DNA of 64,000 bases. Origin: the human T2T-CHM13v2.0 reference genome, Homo sapiens. The translations under genes and the position numbers were made by a program. Below are positions 41,100 through 60,059 of the stretch, piece after piece; within the stretch, counting starts at the first letter, position 1, and each line of letters starts with the position of its first letter. The notes beneath the pieces were generated by a model that saw only the letters and a program-made list of their open reading frames with translations, had not been told where the DNA came from and made no database searches. The stretch is taken from assembly GCF_009914755.1 (NCBI RefSeq), contig NC_060945.1, one strand, 5' to 3'.

Positions 41100-41762
41100 C
41101 AGTAGTCCCCCCTTATCTGAGGGACATACCTTCTAAGACCCACAGTGCACATTTTCTATACATACATACCTGTGAGAGTTAATTTGTAAATTAGGCGGAG
41201 TAAGAGATTGACAACAATAACATAATAAAATAGAACAATTGTAACAATATGCTGTAATAAAAGTTATGTGAACATGGTCTTTTTCTCAATATCTTACTGT
41301 AATGTACTCACCCTTCTTGTGATGATGTGAGATGTGAGATGGCAAAATGCTTACGTGCTGAGATGAAGTGATGTGAATGACGTAGGCATTGTGACTTAGC
41401 ATTAGGCTACTATTGACCTTCTGACCTATTGTCAGAGGGAGGATCATCTGCTTCAGGTGATTCTGGATCATTAAGCCACAAGGATGACGAAGGTTGGGAG
41501 TCAGAAACAGACAGTGTCAATGACTGATGGGTGGGTTGTGTCTACAGTGTGAATCTGCTGGACAAAAGGATGATTCCTGTCCAGGGCAGGACAAAGCAGG
41601 ACAACATGAGATTTCATCTGAGATTTCTCCTCAGAACCACGTGCAATTAAAAACTAATGAGTTGTTTATTTCTGAAATTTTTCATTTAATGTTTTCAGAC
41701 CATGGTTGACCACAGGTAATTGAAACCCTGGAAGGTGAAACTGCAGATAAGGAGGACTACAG
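41100..41762. mobile_element. MER44 (Tigger-derived) DNA transposon
   Basis: TIRs CAGTAGTCCCCCCTTATCTG ... CAGATAAGGAGGACTACAG, TA at the left end. Confidence 0.82.
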
Positions 41763-41931
41763 TGTTCAACTATTTACAAATAATGACAGTGGCCACAAAG
41801 ATTACCTTGAAAAGAGACCGTGAGACAGTTTCACACAGACTGTGCCTGGATTTCCATGAGTCTCTGCCAACTGCTTTTTAAGGTATTATACCATATAATA
41901 ATGTTTTTTAAATCTTTTAGTTGGAAGTGAT

Positions 41932-42223
41932 TTTTTTTTTCTTGAGACAGAGTCGCGTGCTGTCACCCAGGCTAGAGTGCAGTGGCAAGATACCAGCTTA
42001 CTATAACCTCCGCCTCCTGGGTTCAAGCGATTCTCCTGCCTCAGCCTCCTGAGTAGCTGGGATTACAGGCACCTGCCATGATGCCTGGCTAATTTTTGTA
42101 TTTTCAGTAGAGATGGGGTTTTGCCATGTTGGCCAGGCTGGTCTTGAATTCCTGACCTCATGTGATTCACCTGCCTTGGCCTCCCAAAGTGCTGGGATTA
42201 CAGGCATGAGCCACTGTGGCTGG
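41932..42223 (-). mobile_element. AluS inserted in old L1 fragment
   Basis: Degenerate TSD gaagtgattt/gaagtaattt. Confidence 0.92.
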
Positions 42224-43050
42224 CATTTTGAAGTAATTTTAGACTTTAAAAAAGGTGCAAAAATAGAATAGAGTACTCCGTATACTCTTCATCCAGCTTC
42301 CCCTGTATAACTATAGCACAACATTTTACATAACTATAGCACAGTCATCAAAACCAGGAATACAGTACTGTTTCAATTTTAAAATAATGTGCCTTAGCTG
42401 ATGATGTTCTTGCTATACTTTTCTTTCTCATCTCTTTAAGTCTTTGTTGCTTCTCTTCTTCAGAAAGAGTAAAATTGAATTCTAGAGAGGTCCACTCATA
42501 AGAGGCAGACCTGGGCAATGAACTCGTTTTTTTGCCCTGTGCTCTTGAAACTGGATTCTCCTTTCTCAACAGCGTTAAGCTTCAGTTCTCTATGTTGCCA
42601 AAAGCCAAAGTTTTAGCCTGGGGCTCAGAATATTGGCTTATTTTTCCTGTATAAAGAACTGTCAGACTCTTCTTGACAGGGGTTCATATTAATAACCCTA
42701 ATCTCCATCTCACGGTAGAACATGCTGTCTACTTAATAAGAACTTTTGCCCCTTTTCTGTTAATGCCATCCCTTTACACAAAAAATGAAATACATATATC
42801 ATGAAGCTAATTATGTTCAGCTTAAATATTTATTTCAGGATGGTTCTAAATCCTATCTCTGGTCTGGTTTAGTGATTTTCATAATGCTTAGACATGATGA
42901 CCATTTCAAACTGAAACCAAGAAAGAATATGAATATTTCTTTATAAAAATAAAAACACTTTTCTTTAATTAAAATAAAACCAAGAAGTTTCATGTGAAAG
43001 GTCACATTTCTAGCTCGTGCTGTGTTGTCAGCATACTCCTCCAGCCTTCT

Positions 43051-43059
43051 TCTCTCTCT

Positions 43060-43115
<56 letters not shown>
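43051..43115. repeat. (TC)6(TG)26 microsatellite
   Basis: Direct read. Confidence 0.97.
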
Positions 43116-43116
<1 letters not shown>

Positions 43117-44035
43117 GTTTTGGGAATGTGTATAGCATCTTATCAGGAGCTGTTGGTTTGAGGTCAATGCCATCTCCACTGTCATCCCGATCAACAGTAA
43201 ATACAAGAGTAGCTTCATGTTCTCCACAACAATAGAAAAATCCCTCCTGGGATGTTCTTTGGGAAGTACAAGAAAAAGCCATTAAAAGTTTCATGTTGAC
43301 CTTTCTTGCTTTACAGAGGTTTGTTGGCAGGAAGTGTCTTGGTTTTCTTGATGGCAGAGATAAAGAAAAAAAGAAAAAAAACAAACGTGAAAAATTCCAA
43401 GGATCAATTTGCTATTCAGTTTGGAAAATAGTTATTTACAAGAAGCACTGTGGCATCTACAAGATCTTGCTACCTCACCCAACTACTCCCTCCCTAATCC
43501 AAAAAAATGAGAGAAACCCATTGCAGTCTGTGGTTGGGGTTGATTAAACATCCCTTGGGGCCCTAATGCCCTCGAAATGATGTGAAATCACTGGGTTGTG
43601 TATCAAAAGGGCAGGGTGAGCTCCTGGCTCATCTGACTTTAATCTCAAATGGCTCCACACTGGTAGTTGAGAACAGACAATTACTTCATTAACTTTTGGA
43701 AAGTCTGAGGCATTTGTGTTGCTTTCTGGACTGTGCTCTGCTACAGGGAGAGAAAAGACGAGGTCCAACGAGGCCATTCATGCCTGCCAAGTTTTCCTTT
43801 CTTTCCAATCCAGGAAACATACATTGGTAGTGGGTAAGATCCAATATTTTATAATGCTAAGACAGAGAGACTCACCCACTGAACAGCCCAGAGTGAATAT
43901 TCCCCAAGTCTTGGCTGGCATGTAAGCCCAGAATCTTCACCCTTACTCTCAAACCTTTTGCCACCTCTATCCAAGAATTATTTTTAATAATGTCATGTTC
44001 TCTTCTTTCCCTTAAATAAATCCACTCATATATGA

Positions 44036-44497
<462 letters not shown>

Positions 44498-44542
44498 TAG
44501 GAAAAGCCACTGTAGAACTGGGGGCTGTTATTGCCAAAAATA

Positions 44543-44622
44543 TTAGTTTGGTACAAAAGTAATGGCGTTTTTTGCCATTACTTTGAATGGTAAAAACCGC
44601 CATTACTTTTGCACCAACCTAA
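44543..44622. mobile_element. MADE1 (Hsmar1 MITE), 80-bp palindrome
   Basis: TTAGTTTGGTACAAAAGTAATGGCG...CCGCCATTACTTTTGCACCAACCTAA. Confidence 0.95.
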
Positions 44623-46039
44623 CAGTTAAACCAGCAAAAGCGACACACATTTTACAAAAGAGTCATGTAATTCTGTATCTGAAACTGCCAGCAGCAGGGT
44701 GTTTTTTCATCCATTACTGCCATCTGAATATTTTCATCTTTTTGCCTCTGGGCATTAAAATGCAACTAATCCACCACCCACAAAACCCATTAGCATAAAC
44801 AGTAAAAAAATGAGTGGTCAGACTACACAGTGATAGCACTGAAATTACTTGAGTAAAATGCAGATGTAATGAGGATGTCAGTTTCAGAGCAGTTTGCATC
44901 ATAATAGACTGAACTGTCTTGGACTTCAATTCTGGGTTCTTTTCTAGATGACTATTGTCCTTTTTTTAAAAAAAAGAAAACATCTGTGTCCTGTTACTTT
45001 TTTTTTTTTTTTTTTTGCTTTCCCCCAAAGTTTTCTGATGTTAGAATTTAGAATTTTGTCTACTGTTTAAAAAGGAAAAAGAAAAATTTTCCACTAGCTC
45101 TCCTTTGAGAGAATGAGAGAATTCTAATTGCTTCTCCACTATAAAAGCACAAACTTCCATGAAAATGGTCATCGGAGAGCAGAGGTGACAGGATGTATAC
45201 TGCTGAACTTTTTTGCTTCCACTCTTCTAGATAACTGCTGAGAAAGGCCCCCTTTAGCTTTGATATCCAAAAGGCAAAACAAAGAAGGTAAGCACCTTTC
45301 AGCAGGGCAAGGACAACTAATGTGTTCTTCTGCCCACTGCAGCTGAGACCCATGGTGCACCTGCATTCTTTTAACTGAGACAACAAAATTCTCCCTTTAA
45401 TCCCCTTTTGGAAGGAGGAGGGAGAGAGTACTACCATGATGTATGTATTTTCCTTTCCTTACCTCTTTGTTCCTGAGTTTTTGCTTTTCAGACAATAAAA
45501 TCATTAGAATTAGAAGAATTATTATTATTATTCCTAGTAATGTAGCAACTGTCAGTTCCAAACAAGCCTCCTTGGCTCTGACAATCCCATGCTCTGCTAT
45601 ACAACACAGTGAAAATTGGGAGCATAAACTCATTCTGTTGCCTCAACAAAATTATATTATGGGGTGAAGTCTATTGGGGATGGGGCAGGGTACTTCATAG
45701 CATGAAGAGAATGCAGAATAATGTTCTTAGTCCCCTGTCTGTGTGGCCTATTGAAAGGGAAGAGATTATAAACCCTACTGTGGAGTTAATAAAAGTAGAA
45801 TCTGTAGGCCAGGGACTGCACGCAAGTTGACCTCTGTTGGGGAAAGCTCTGGGGGTACAGTGCTGAGAACCTCTCCTGGGAGTCAGATGTTTTTTGAATT
45901 ATCTTTCTGTTTGAAGAAGAATCTGCCTTCCATTCATTCATTCAGGGCTCTTTTGAGTAGCCCATGTTTCAAATGAGCCAGGAGGGACCAGACATGTGAT
46001 TATAAAAATACATTGAAATTGCCAAGGTGGAGTCTACAG

Positions 46040-46540
46040 CAGTGGTCCCCAACCATTTTGGCACACGAGGGACCGGTTTTGTGGAAGACCATTTTTCCAC
46101 AGACCAGGAGTGGAGAGGGGAGGATGGTTTCGGGAAGATTCGAGCACATTACATTTATTGGACACATTATTTCTATTATTATTATATTGTAATATATAAT
46201 GAAATAATTATACAACTCACCAAAATGTAGAATCAGTGGGAGCCCTGAGCTTGTTTTCCTGCAACTAGATGGTCCCATCTGGGGGTGATGGGAGACAGTG
46301 AGAGATCAGAAGGCATTAGAGTCTTATAAAGAGAGAACGAATTAGATCCCTCCCATACGCAGTTCACAATAGGGTTTGTGCTCCTATGAAAATCTAATGC
46401 TGCGGCTGATCTGACAGGAGGCCACGCTCAGGCGGTAATGTGAGTGATGGGGAGCGACTGTAACTACAGATGAAGCTTCACCTGCTGGCCTGCTGCTCGC
46501 TTCCCTCTGTGTGGCCCTGGTTCCAGAGATTCCTGGTCTA
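46040..46540. mobile_element. MER1A (hAT-Charlie)
   Basis: ggtccccaacc..ttttggcac..gggaccggttttgtggaagac...gctgatctgacaggagg. Confidence 0.85.
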
Positions 46541-46596
46541 CAGGAACTCGTCTCTCTTAGGTCTTTTTTCTTGAAGAGGGATTTGCTTTCCCAAAC

Positions 46597-47199
<603 letters not shown>

Positions 47200-47746
47200 C
47201 TTTCTGGAATTCTTGAATCTTTAATAAGATTCTAGGCTATATGTGCCTTTGGTTGAATTCTCCTGAGTTGTTTCTATTTCTCTGAGTTTGCCATTTTTCT
47301 TCCTCTATTAAGTATCTGTATTCCAGGGTTTTGTGTAATTCACCAAAGCTTTTATAATAATTTCTAAGAACAATTTTGATCAAAGACCTAAGAAGACAAA
47401 TAAAATTCTTCAGTAATAGGTATAATTTTCATCAAATGATTGCTTTCCTTTTTTTATTGTTAGGGCTCTATTGCTAAACGTGAAAGGGGAGCTGTCTCAT
47501 AGATAAAACCCTCTGGTGTTCTGAAGGATGAATGGGAACAGTGGAGGCAATTTATCAGAAGCCTGTTTTTCTCTGCCAGGTCCTCCAGCCCATTTCCCCC
47601 AGGTCCATGGAGAGGAAACTCTCATAGGAAACTGACATAAACATAGACATTTCACTTTGGTCCAGCCAATCTACCATTAAGAATATTCAAATCCATTTAT
47701 GAATGGATCTTGAGAAAGAAAAAATATATTGCTATGTTGGTTATTT

Positions 47747-48429
47747 TGTAAACGCCCAATGGGTTCACTTTGCTTGCCTAAACAGAGCCAATTTATCAAG
47801 ACAGGGGAATTACAAAGGAGAAAGAATAGTTCACGCAGTGCCAGCTTTGTGGGAGACAAGAGTTTTATTGTTACTCACATCAGTCTCCCTGAGCATTCAG
47901 GGACTGGTGTTTCGAAGGATAATTTGGTGTGTAGGGACTCGAAGTGGGGAGTGCTGATTGGTTGGGTTAAAGATGAAATCATAGGAGGTCAAAGTGAGTT
48001 CTTGCTGTCTTCTGTTCCTGGGTGGGATTGCAGAATTGGTTGAGCCAGATTACCGGTCTGGGTGGTGTCAGCTGGTGCGTCGAGTGCAGGGTCTGCAAAA
48101 TATCTCAAGCACTGATCTTAGGTTTTACAGTAGTGATGTTAGTCCCAGGAGCAATTTGGGGAGGTTCAGACTCTTGGAGCTGGAGGTCGCATGGCCCCTA
48201 AACTGTAGTTTCTAATCTTGTAGTTAATATGTTAGTCTTGGGAAAGGGTTATTATCAATTTTGTTTCAGAGTTAAACTATAAACTAAATTTATTCCCAAG
48301 GTTAGTTCAGCCTATGCCAAGGAATGAACAAGAACAGCTTGAAGGTTAGAAGCAAGATGGAGTCAGTTAGGTTTGATCTCTTTCACTGTCATAGTTTCCT
48401 CAGTTATAATTTTTGCAAAAGCAGTTTCA
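47747..48429 (-). mobile_element. LTR8 solo LTR
   Basis: Reverse-complement homolog of 9838-10544. Confidence 0.87.
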
Positions 48430-48524
48430 CTTTCTAGTGTCTAATATTTTAGTAAGTCCTTCTCCTTCCTCCCATTTTCCTACCTTTTTGATCCTTTCTC
48501 TGTGCTACTTGCCAAAGTGTGCCA

Positions 48525-49565
<1,041 letters not shown>

Positions 49566-49705
49566 GAAATTATAAAAAGAAATTGCCCTACCAAGGGAAT
49601 TAACATCCTTGTCTTTCATTACTAGTTAATTATGCTGAGCTGACCAAGACAGGAAATGGCCATTACCCATACTTATCCCTAATAGAATGTGTATATTTAT
49701 CCAAA

Positions 49706-50531
<826 letters not shown>

Positions 50532-50695
50532 AGGATCATCTTCTAAAAAATTTTTTTTTAGCCATTGTATTGCTAGTGCCTGGCATTGTCTGAGTATATG
50601 CAGTAGGCACGCAATAGCTGTTTTAAATGAATGAACCAAGATGAAACATCTGTGACCATCTTACAAATGGAAGGAGGGAAGGTTGAAAACACTGA

Positions 50696-51054
<359 letters not shown>

Positions 51055-51528
51055 AGGGTAGTTAAAAATTGTATGCTCTGAATGTGTAAAACAGGTTGTC
51101 CAAGAAATCTTATGGACAATAAAAGTCATTTACTTTGGAAATTATTCTAAAACATTTTGAAATAGAGCAATGTTAGAAATGAGATGCTGCCTCTGCTAGT
51201 TGCCTCAGAGCTGGTTAGTTAGCAGAGGATAGATTTTCTCGGTTTAATAGCCATAAAGGATCTTCATATTCTGATTTGATCTGCAAATGTATTCAACAAA
51301 GTGACTGCATGATGAAAGCAAGAAAATTATATAAATAATTTCCACTCCAATTTTTCGTATATGCCCAAAGTCATACCAGTGTAGAGCCTTAACATGTTTG
51401 TATGTAGGGGACAGGGAACAGAAGCGTATTAATAGACACAGGGCCATTCAAGGATCCTCTACAAGACAGTCATTCCTGATTGACTAGCCTAAATCAGAAA
51501 ATGGTGTGTATGGTTAGGCCAAAATTAG

Positions 51529-51835
<307 letters not shown>

Positions 51836-52705
51836 TACATCCTGTATTTTCTAAAACATGCATTGCATTTATAATCATAGTGCATATTTTAAAGCAAAGA
51901 CAGGAATCTGGGTCTCTTAACTCAGGAAAAGATTTAGGTTTAAGTTATTGCTTTGCATATATGAATTATAATAAATACTTTTCATGTGGCTGATGTTAGA
52001 CAGTGTAGAGAAGAGAAGCAAGAGCAGAAACTCAGGGTCCACCAGCATCCAAAGCAGTGATTTTTATGATCCTTCACAGCTTAATCATGGGTGTGTGTGT
52101 GTGCTTGTTGAAAATGCAGAGTCCTGGGTCTCCAGAGATGATCTCAGTAGGCCCAGAATGGGATCTGGAAAACTGCAATGTTTGGCCAGGCTCATAGGTG
52201 ATTCTGATGTAGGTGAATTCTTTGAGAAACAGAGATGTGAAGGACAGTGCTTCTCTTACCTACAGGACTCAGGTAGGAGAAAAATGAGACAGTCATGGCT
52301 GGGAAGCCAAGGGACTTTTGGGAAAATATATGTAAAATGTACTAAAAGCACATTATGATGATATAACAAGATGTTCTCCACCACAGCTGTGTATTAGAAT
52401 CATCTGGGGCACTTTAAAAATATACCAGTGTGCAGATTTCCTCATAATGGTGGTAAATGTCCCTCTTTCAGCATGACTAAGAGATAAGAGAAGCTGCAAT
52501 TTTCCAATTATCTGTGCATAGAAGAAAAAAAAATCCAACAGAGTGCCCACTGTGGGCCTGCAGCAAGCAGCCACCACAAACCTATGGGTGCAGAAATCAG
52601 GGGAGAGGAGTCTCAAGAGATTGGGGAAAAGGGTGGAGGGAAGCAGAGAACTTAGAGAAAAAACAGACAAAGCCACTCCCAAAAGATAAAGTGAAACAAT
52701 ATTTA

Positions 52706-53065
<360 letters not shown>

Positions 53066-54532
53066 TCAGAGCCCAGGCTCCGGAGTGGGGCCTGACAGTG
53101 TGCAGACCAGACATGGAGAATCCATGCTTGTTGGGGAGAATCAGACACAGGGAGAGGAGTGGTGCTTCTGGGAGACAGGCACAGCAGAAGAGGAGACAGA
53201 ACAAAATTAAGCATCCTGCAGAAAATAGGAGACACAACAACTCTTCTATCTTTCCTGTCAACATCAGCCACAGAAGCAACTGCACAGAACATTGTTGAAC
53301 TGAGGGAAGAAGCTGCTCCTAACTAGGTCTCCTGCCCACAGAATGAACAGGAAGAGGAAGGAGTGGACCAACTTCTATAGAGAACAACTGCCAAAGTCAG
53401 AAGTTGCAAATCAAAGTTTTTCTGCTGGTGATGTCTCCTCGATATAACCATGAACTTGATGAAAATTCTAAGACAACACTCAATATTTATGAAATATTCT
53501 CCAACCTGCATCTGGGAACATGGAAAATATCAATATGTTGAATCGGAAATATAAAAACTAGGTAGAGAAATCAACAAAAAATAGGAGAAAATGAAGCCAG
53601 AGCTGATTAAATTCAGGAAAAAAATAGAAGAAAATCACAAAACTTTATCAGTAATAAAGAACAGATTACAAGGTGCCCCGAAGAGAATGGGTTCAAATAA
53701 AAACTTAATAAAGGGTATTGAATAAAAGAAGGATAGCCAAGAGAATGAAAAGGAGATAAAATAAAAAGGATCAGAGAAGATAGTTGAAATGGAAGCCAGA
53801 CAAAGGAGGTTGCATATTTGTATTATTGGTGTTCCTGAAGAAAAGAAAAACAATATAACAGAATATTTAAAACTCTAATCCAAGAAAAAGTTCCAGAAAT
53901 AAAAGAACTGAGTCAACTCTACACTGAAAGGGCCCAGTGTGGTATATAGGAAAACTGACCACAAATAATTCTGAGATAGCTCGGAAAATTATTAGACTTA
54001 TAAAAAAAAAATCCTCAAGGCTTCCAGGCCCAAAAAATATTTACAAAGAGAATTAAAGATTGGCCTCAGATTTCTCAAAAATAACATGCAAACCAAGAAA
54101 ACACTGGAACACCATTTTCAAGAAACCTAAGGAAAAACAAGCTGCTCTTCAAGTTTCAAGGTCACAGAAAATCAGTTTCAAACTCACCAGAATTCCAGGA
54201 ATACAGTACACGTGCTCTTGCTGAGCAATTTACTGGAGGGTGAGTTTCACCCAACCAGAATATTTCTGGGAACAAAAGGACCAACAGAGATCATTTCACA
54301 TATTTGACTGTAGAGCTGAGAATAATGTAAGAGTTCGTTCATGGGTTAATGAAAAACATGGATATGTAAACATTATATACTGATAAAGTAGAACAAATAC
54401 AACTAAAAAGGTGGGAGAAGGGAGAGAAAAGGGGAAAAGTAGAGTAACACCATTGACTGACATATAGGTAATAGGTGGGAATCAGTATCATCTAGAAAAG
54501 ACAGATAGTAACAGGTTAAGAAAGAAAAAAGG

Positions 54533-55217
<685 letters not shown>

Positions 55218-55924
55218 GACACAAAATTCATAAGCCAAAAGAAAACGCAAGAGGATAGACACAGTAAATATAATACATTCAGCAATTACAATCTAAAATA
55301 TGACAGAATTGACATCAAACATGGTAGTTATATCAAAACTAGATCGGCTTAATTTGCCTATTAAAAAAGATTATTTTCGGATTGGCTCGTATAGCAAAAA
55401 CTCAACTGTGTGCTGCACACAAGATACACACCGAAAATGCAGCAATTGAAATAGCTAAAAATAAAGGAATGAACGAAAATTTACCAGACAAATGGAAACA
55501 GTAAGACAGCAGGCATTGCAATCCCGATACAGAAGTAGAGACTTCAAGCCCCAAACAGAACACAAAAGAAATATAGAGCTATAAAATGGCCCTTGGGCAT
55601 ATGAAAGAATAGCCCAATTATTCATAAGATAAATACAACTTAAAATTGTACTGAGATTGTACTCTTCCTGACCCATCATATTAGCCACAGCAAAGTCTCC
55701 CCAAATCTCATTAATCTTTTTTGCGCAGCAGCTACTCCTATAATTCTATTTGGCAGCACTTCAGTTTTGTATAAATTACCTATTGATTAATCCCCAGACC
55801 ATTGGGAGAATACTATCAATATACCTCAATTTAAGAATCAAGATTATAAGGCATTATCTTTTCATAATTATATATGTATGTATATATACATTTGGCTAGA
55901 CATTTTTTTCATTAGCTTTAAAAT

Positions 55925-56474
55925 TGTCAGAGGCGTCTGAACCAGAGCAACTCCATTTTGAATAGGGGCTGGGTAAAATAAGGCTGGGACCTACTGGGCT
56001 GCATTCCCAGAGGGTTAAGTCATTCTAAGTCACAGGATGAGATTGTAGGTCTGCATAAGATACAGGTCATAAAGACCTTGCTCATAAAACAAGTTGCAGT
56101 AAAGAAGCCGGTCAAAACCCACCAAAACCAAGATAGCAATGAGAGTGACCTCTGGTTGTCCTCACTGCTACACTCCCACTAGAGCCATGACGGTTTACAA
56201 ATGCCATGGCAACATCAGGAAGTTACCCTATATGGTCTACCAAGGGGAGGCATGAATAATTCAGCCCTTGTTTAGTAAATAATTAAGAAATAACAATAAA
56301 ATGGGCAACCAGCAGCCCTTAGGTTCACTCTGCCTATGGAGCAACCACTCTTTATTTTCCTACTTTCTTAAAACTTCATTTCCCTTTCCTCTATGGACCC
56401 GCCTTGAATTCTTTCTTGCATGAGATCCAAGAACCCTGTCTTGGGGTCTGGATTGGGACCCCTTTCTGGTAACA
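55925..56474 (+). mobile_element. MER41A-like solo LTR
   Basis: TGTCAGAGGCGTCTGAACC...TTCTGGTAACA, TSD aaat/aaat. Lacks the GAS-bearing segment present in 8949-9583. Confidence 0.9.
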
Positions 56475-56967
56475 AAATGATCAAAGTTAAAGCTGTAGTT
56501 ACTGTAACTGAGTTGGCCTTGGAATGCCATCCCATATAGTGCCATGTTTGAGAGCTGGTTTTCATTTCATTGGTGGCATTAGAAATGTACTATTATATTA
56601 GGGTTAATTCGCCCTGCTACCCCAACTAGCTAGCTACCTCCCCTTGGGCCAGGCAAAATGGAACAGTAGCTTGTACATATGAATTGTTAACATGTACATA
56701 TCTTCATACAGCAGTCATGTCTAACTGTCCCTAACAGGGCAAGGGAGATGACCGGTCATTTTTTCTCATGAAAACAAGATACACTCAGGTGAGTTTTGAG
56801 TTTGTTCACCATGCAGAATGTGACGAGATAAGTTTAATTTTCTAGCTTAGTGTTTTTAGCTTAAAATGTTGCAATCTAAAGCTAAAATGTTCACCTGAGG
56901 CCAAGGACAACACAGCAAAAACAACAGGGCCAATGTGTCCTCAGACCTTTGGAATCGCAGTCAGATA

Positions 56968-57157
56968 TCACTATGAACTGAGTGTTTGTGTTTCCCCCAA
57001 ATCCCTATGTTGAAACCCTAATCCCCAATAATGGGATGTGGAGGTGGGACCTTTGGGAGGCAGTTAGGATTAGATTAGGTCATGAGGGCAGAGCCTCACG
57101 ATGGGACTAGTGTTGAAGGGAAATGAAGAGACCATCTTATTCTTCACCATGTGAGGA
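56968..57157 (+). mobile_element. MLT1A/MST LTR 5' fragment
   Basis: tatgttgaaaccctaatcccca...ggtgggacctttgggagg. Confidence 0.7.
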
Positions 57158-57899
<742 letters not shown>

Positions 57900-57925
57900 A
57901 ATGGGCACTTTTAAAAGGAGAGCCT

Positions 57926-58314
<389 letters not shown>

Positions 58315-58639
58315 GCTTTACAGATAATCAGCTGTCTTAATTTTTATTTCCCTGGAACTTTTCCCTTTGTCTCTCATTTGGGACAAACTTGAGGGCCAAA
58401 ATATGGCAGCAAAATGTTTTAGATCAAGTAAAGACTGTAAATTAGGTCTATGAAATATTTTCCCAGCACTGGGAGACACATGTTGGCCCCAACTTCCTAC
58501 TCAGACTTGCAATTAAGACACAACAGGTGTGGGTACCCAACATGCGAAGACTTCTCACTGGTCTGTACGTCAGTAAATGGTCAAGATTGTTACTATGGAA
58601 TCATTCACACCAGCACAATGGTGCTCCTCCAAGAATGTA

Positions 58640-58645
58640 TTTATT
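58640..58645 (-). terminator. APP: APP distal polyadenylation signal AATAAA
   Basis: TTTATT on + strand, ~17 nt from the inferred cleavage site, with UGUA immediately upstream. Confidence 0.9.
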
Positions 58646-58881
58646 TACATGAAAACACCATTTTATACAAATTGAAGACACATCTTAAAAGAAGGGTTTG
58701 TCCAGGCATGCCTTCCTCATCCCCTTATATTGCCACTTCCATTTTCATCTTCTTTTGTATCATAAATGAAACTTCAGACTGGTTAAAGAAAATTGAATCT
58801 GCCTCTTCTCCCCACCCAAAATTACTTCGATTATTTAATGTCTGTAGTCATCCTTCAAAGAAAAGTCTTGCCCGGGGTTAT

Positions 58882-58896
58882 TTTATTTAATTTATT
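58882..58896 (-). terminator. APP: APP proximal poly(A) signal cluster (AATAAA-ATTAAA-AATAAA overlapping)
   Basis: Minus strand AATAAATTAAATAAA, ~250 nt upstream of the distal signal. APP is known to use two poly(A) sites. Confidence 0.85.
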
Positions 58897-59004
58897 TATG
58901 TAATACAGTGTAGAAAGCGATCATGTCATAAGCAATGATTCTGTACAATCATCCTGCAGAAAATTGTTTTGGAGAATTCTTGGTAATTGAAGACCAGCAG
59001 AGCA

Positions 59005-59022
59005 CCCCTCCCCACCCGCCCC
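59005..59022 (-). promoter_or_regulatory. APP: RNA G-quadruplex motif in APP 3'UTR
   Basis: GGGGCGGGTGGGGAGGGG on the mRNA strand: four G-tracts with 1-nt loops. Confidence 0.85.
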
Positions 59023-59025
59023 GTA

Positions 59026-59032
59026 AAAGTGC
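59026..59032 (-). promoter_or_regulatory. miR-17/20/106 family seed match
   Basis: GCACTTT on the mRNA strand, ~710 nt after the stop. APP is an established target of this family. Confidence 0.8.
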
Positions 59033-59277
59033 TTACAATGAACAGGGATTCTTTTCTTTATCAAAGACCCAAAGATACGTGGACAAAAAAAGAAAAGCTT
59101 GAAGTCTCAATGCCTAATGTGTGCACATAAAACAGGCACGAAGAAACAAACGTGTGTATCCTCTTAATTCCTATATCACAAATATAGCAGAAGCAGCAAT
59201 CTGTACAGTAAAATGCAGTCATGGAAAAAAAATCTCTCTAAAGCATCTGAAATACTTAAAAATGTTTAACTTTAAAA

Positions 59278-59284
59278 TGCATAG
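59278..59284 (-). promoter_or_regulatory. miR-153 seed match (miR-15/16 match TGCTGCT at 59192-59198)
   Basis: CTATGCA on the mRNA strand. Confidence 0.65.
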
Positions 59285-59491
59285 TGATCAGGAAAGGAAT
59301 ACTTAGGCAAGAGAAGCAGCTGAACTCCCACGTTCACATGAAGCATCCCCCATCGATTCTTAAAGCATATGTAAAGTAGGACTTAATTGGGTCACAAACC
59401 ACAAGAATAATATACAACTGGCTAAGGGGCTATGTGATAAATAATCAGGAGAGAATCTATTCATGCACTAGTTTGATACAGCTAAATTCTT

Positions 59492-59499
59492 TACAGTAC
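59492..59499 (-). promoter_or_regulatory. miR-101 8-mer site (second 7mer-A1 site at 59204-59210)
   Basis: GTACTGTA ~243 nt after the stop; TACTGTA ~532 nt after the stop. Confidence 0.8.
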
Positions 59500-59516
59500 A
59501 CAAAACCCATTAATAA

Positions 59517-59545
59517 TGTAGTATAGAGACCAAAATGTAAAGAGA
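59517..59545 (-). promoter_or_regulatory. APP: 29-nt APP mRNA stability element (nucleolin/hnRNP C-binding)
   Basis: TCTCTTTACATTTTGGTCTCTATACTACA ~200 nt downstream of the stop. Identity recalled from the literature. Confidence 0.7.
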
Positions 59546-59741
59546 GATAGAATACATTACTGATGTGTGGATTAATTCAAGTTCAGGCATCTACTTGTGT
59601 TACAGCACAGCTGTCAAAAGGCGATAATGAGTAAATCATAAAACGGGTTTGTTTCTTCCCACATTATTCTATAAATGGACACCGATGGGTAGTGAAGCAA
59701 TGGTTTTGCTGTCCAACTTCAGAGGCTGCTGTGGCGGGGGT

Positions 59742-59888
<147 letters not shown>

Positions 59889-60040
59889 TTAAGGGTGAAC
59901 ATGGAGAAGCAGTAAAAAGATAAGGAGTACAGTACTCTTCTTTTGCCAAGATTGCAGAACACCCATAATTTTCTCCCCCACTTTGACATCTTGGAGCAGA
60001 ACGCCTTTGCCCACCAGTTACACAGATGCTGTGCTCCATG

Positions 60041-60059
60041 TAGCCACCAGGTGGCGGTG
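60041..60059 (+). promoter_or_regulatory. Candidate CTCF site
   Basis: TAGCCACCAGGTGGCGGTG closely fits the CTCF core CCACCAG(G/A)(G/T)GGCG. Motif only. Confidence 0.6.

Larger units (their letters stand above)
58623..59741 (-). other. APP: APP 3'UTR (to distal poly(A) site)
   Basis: Follows the TAG and is repeat-free. Ends ...CATGTAAATAAATACATTCTTGGAGGAGC, matching the APP mRNA end as I recall it. Confidence 0.93.

Noticed and set aside
42307-42343. 14-bp direct repeat ataactatagcaca
   Set aside because: A small local slippage-type duplication in an old L1 fragment, which is common.
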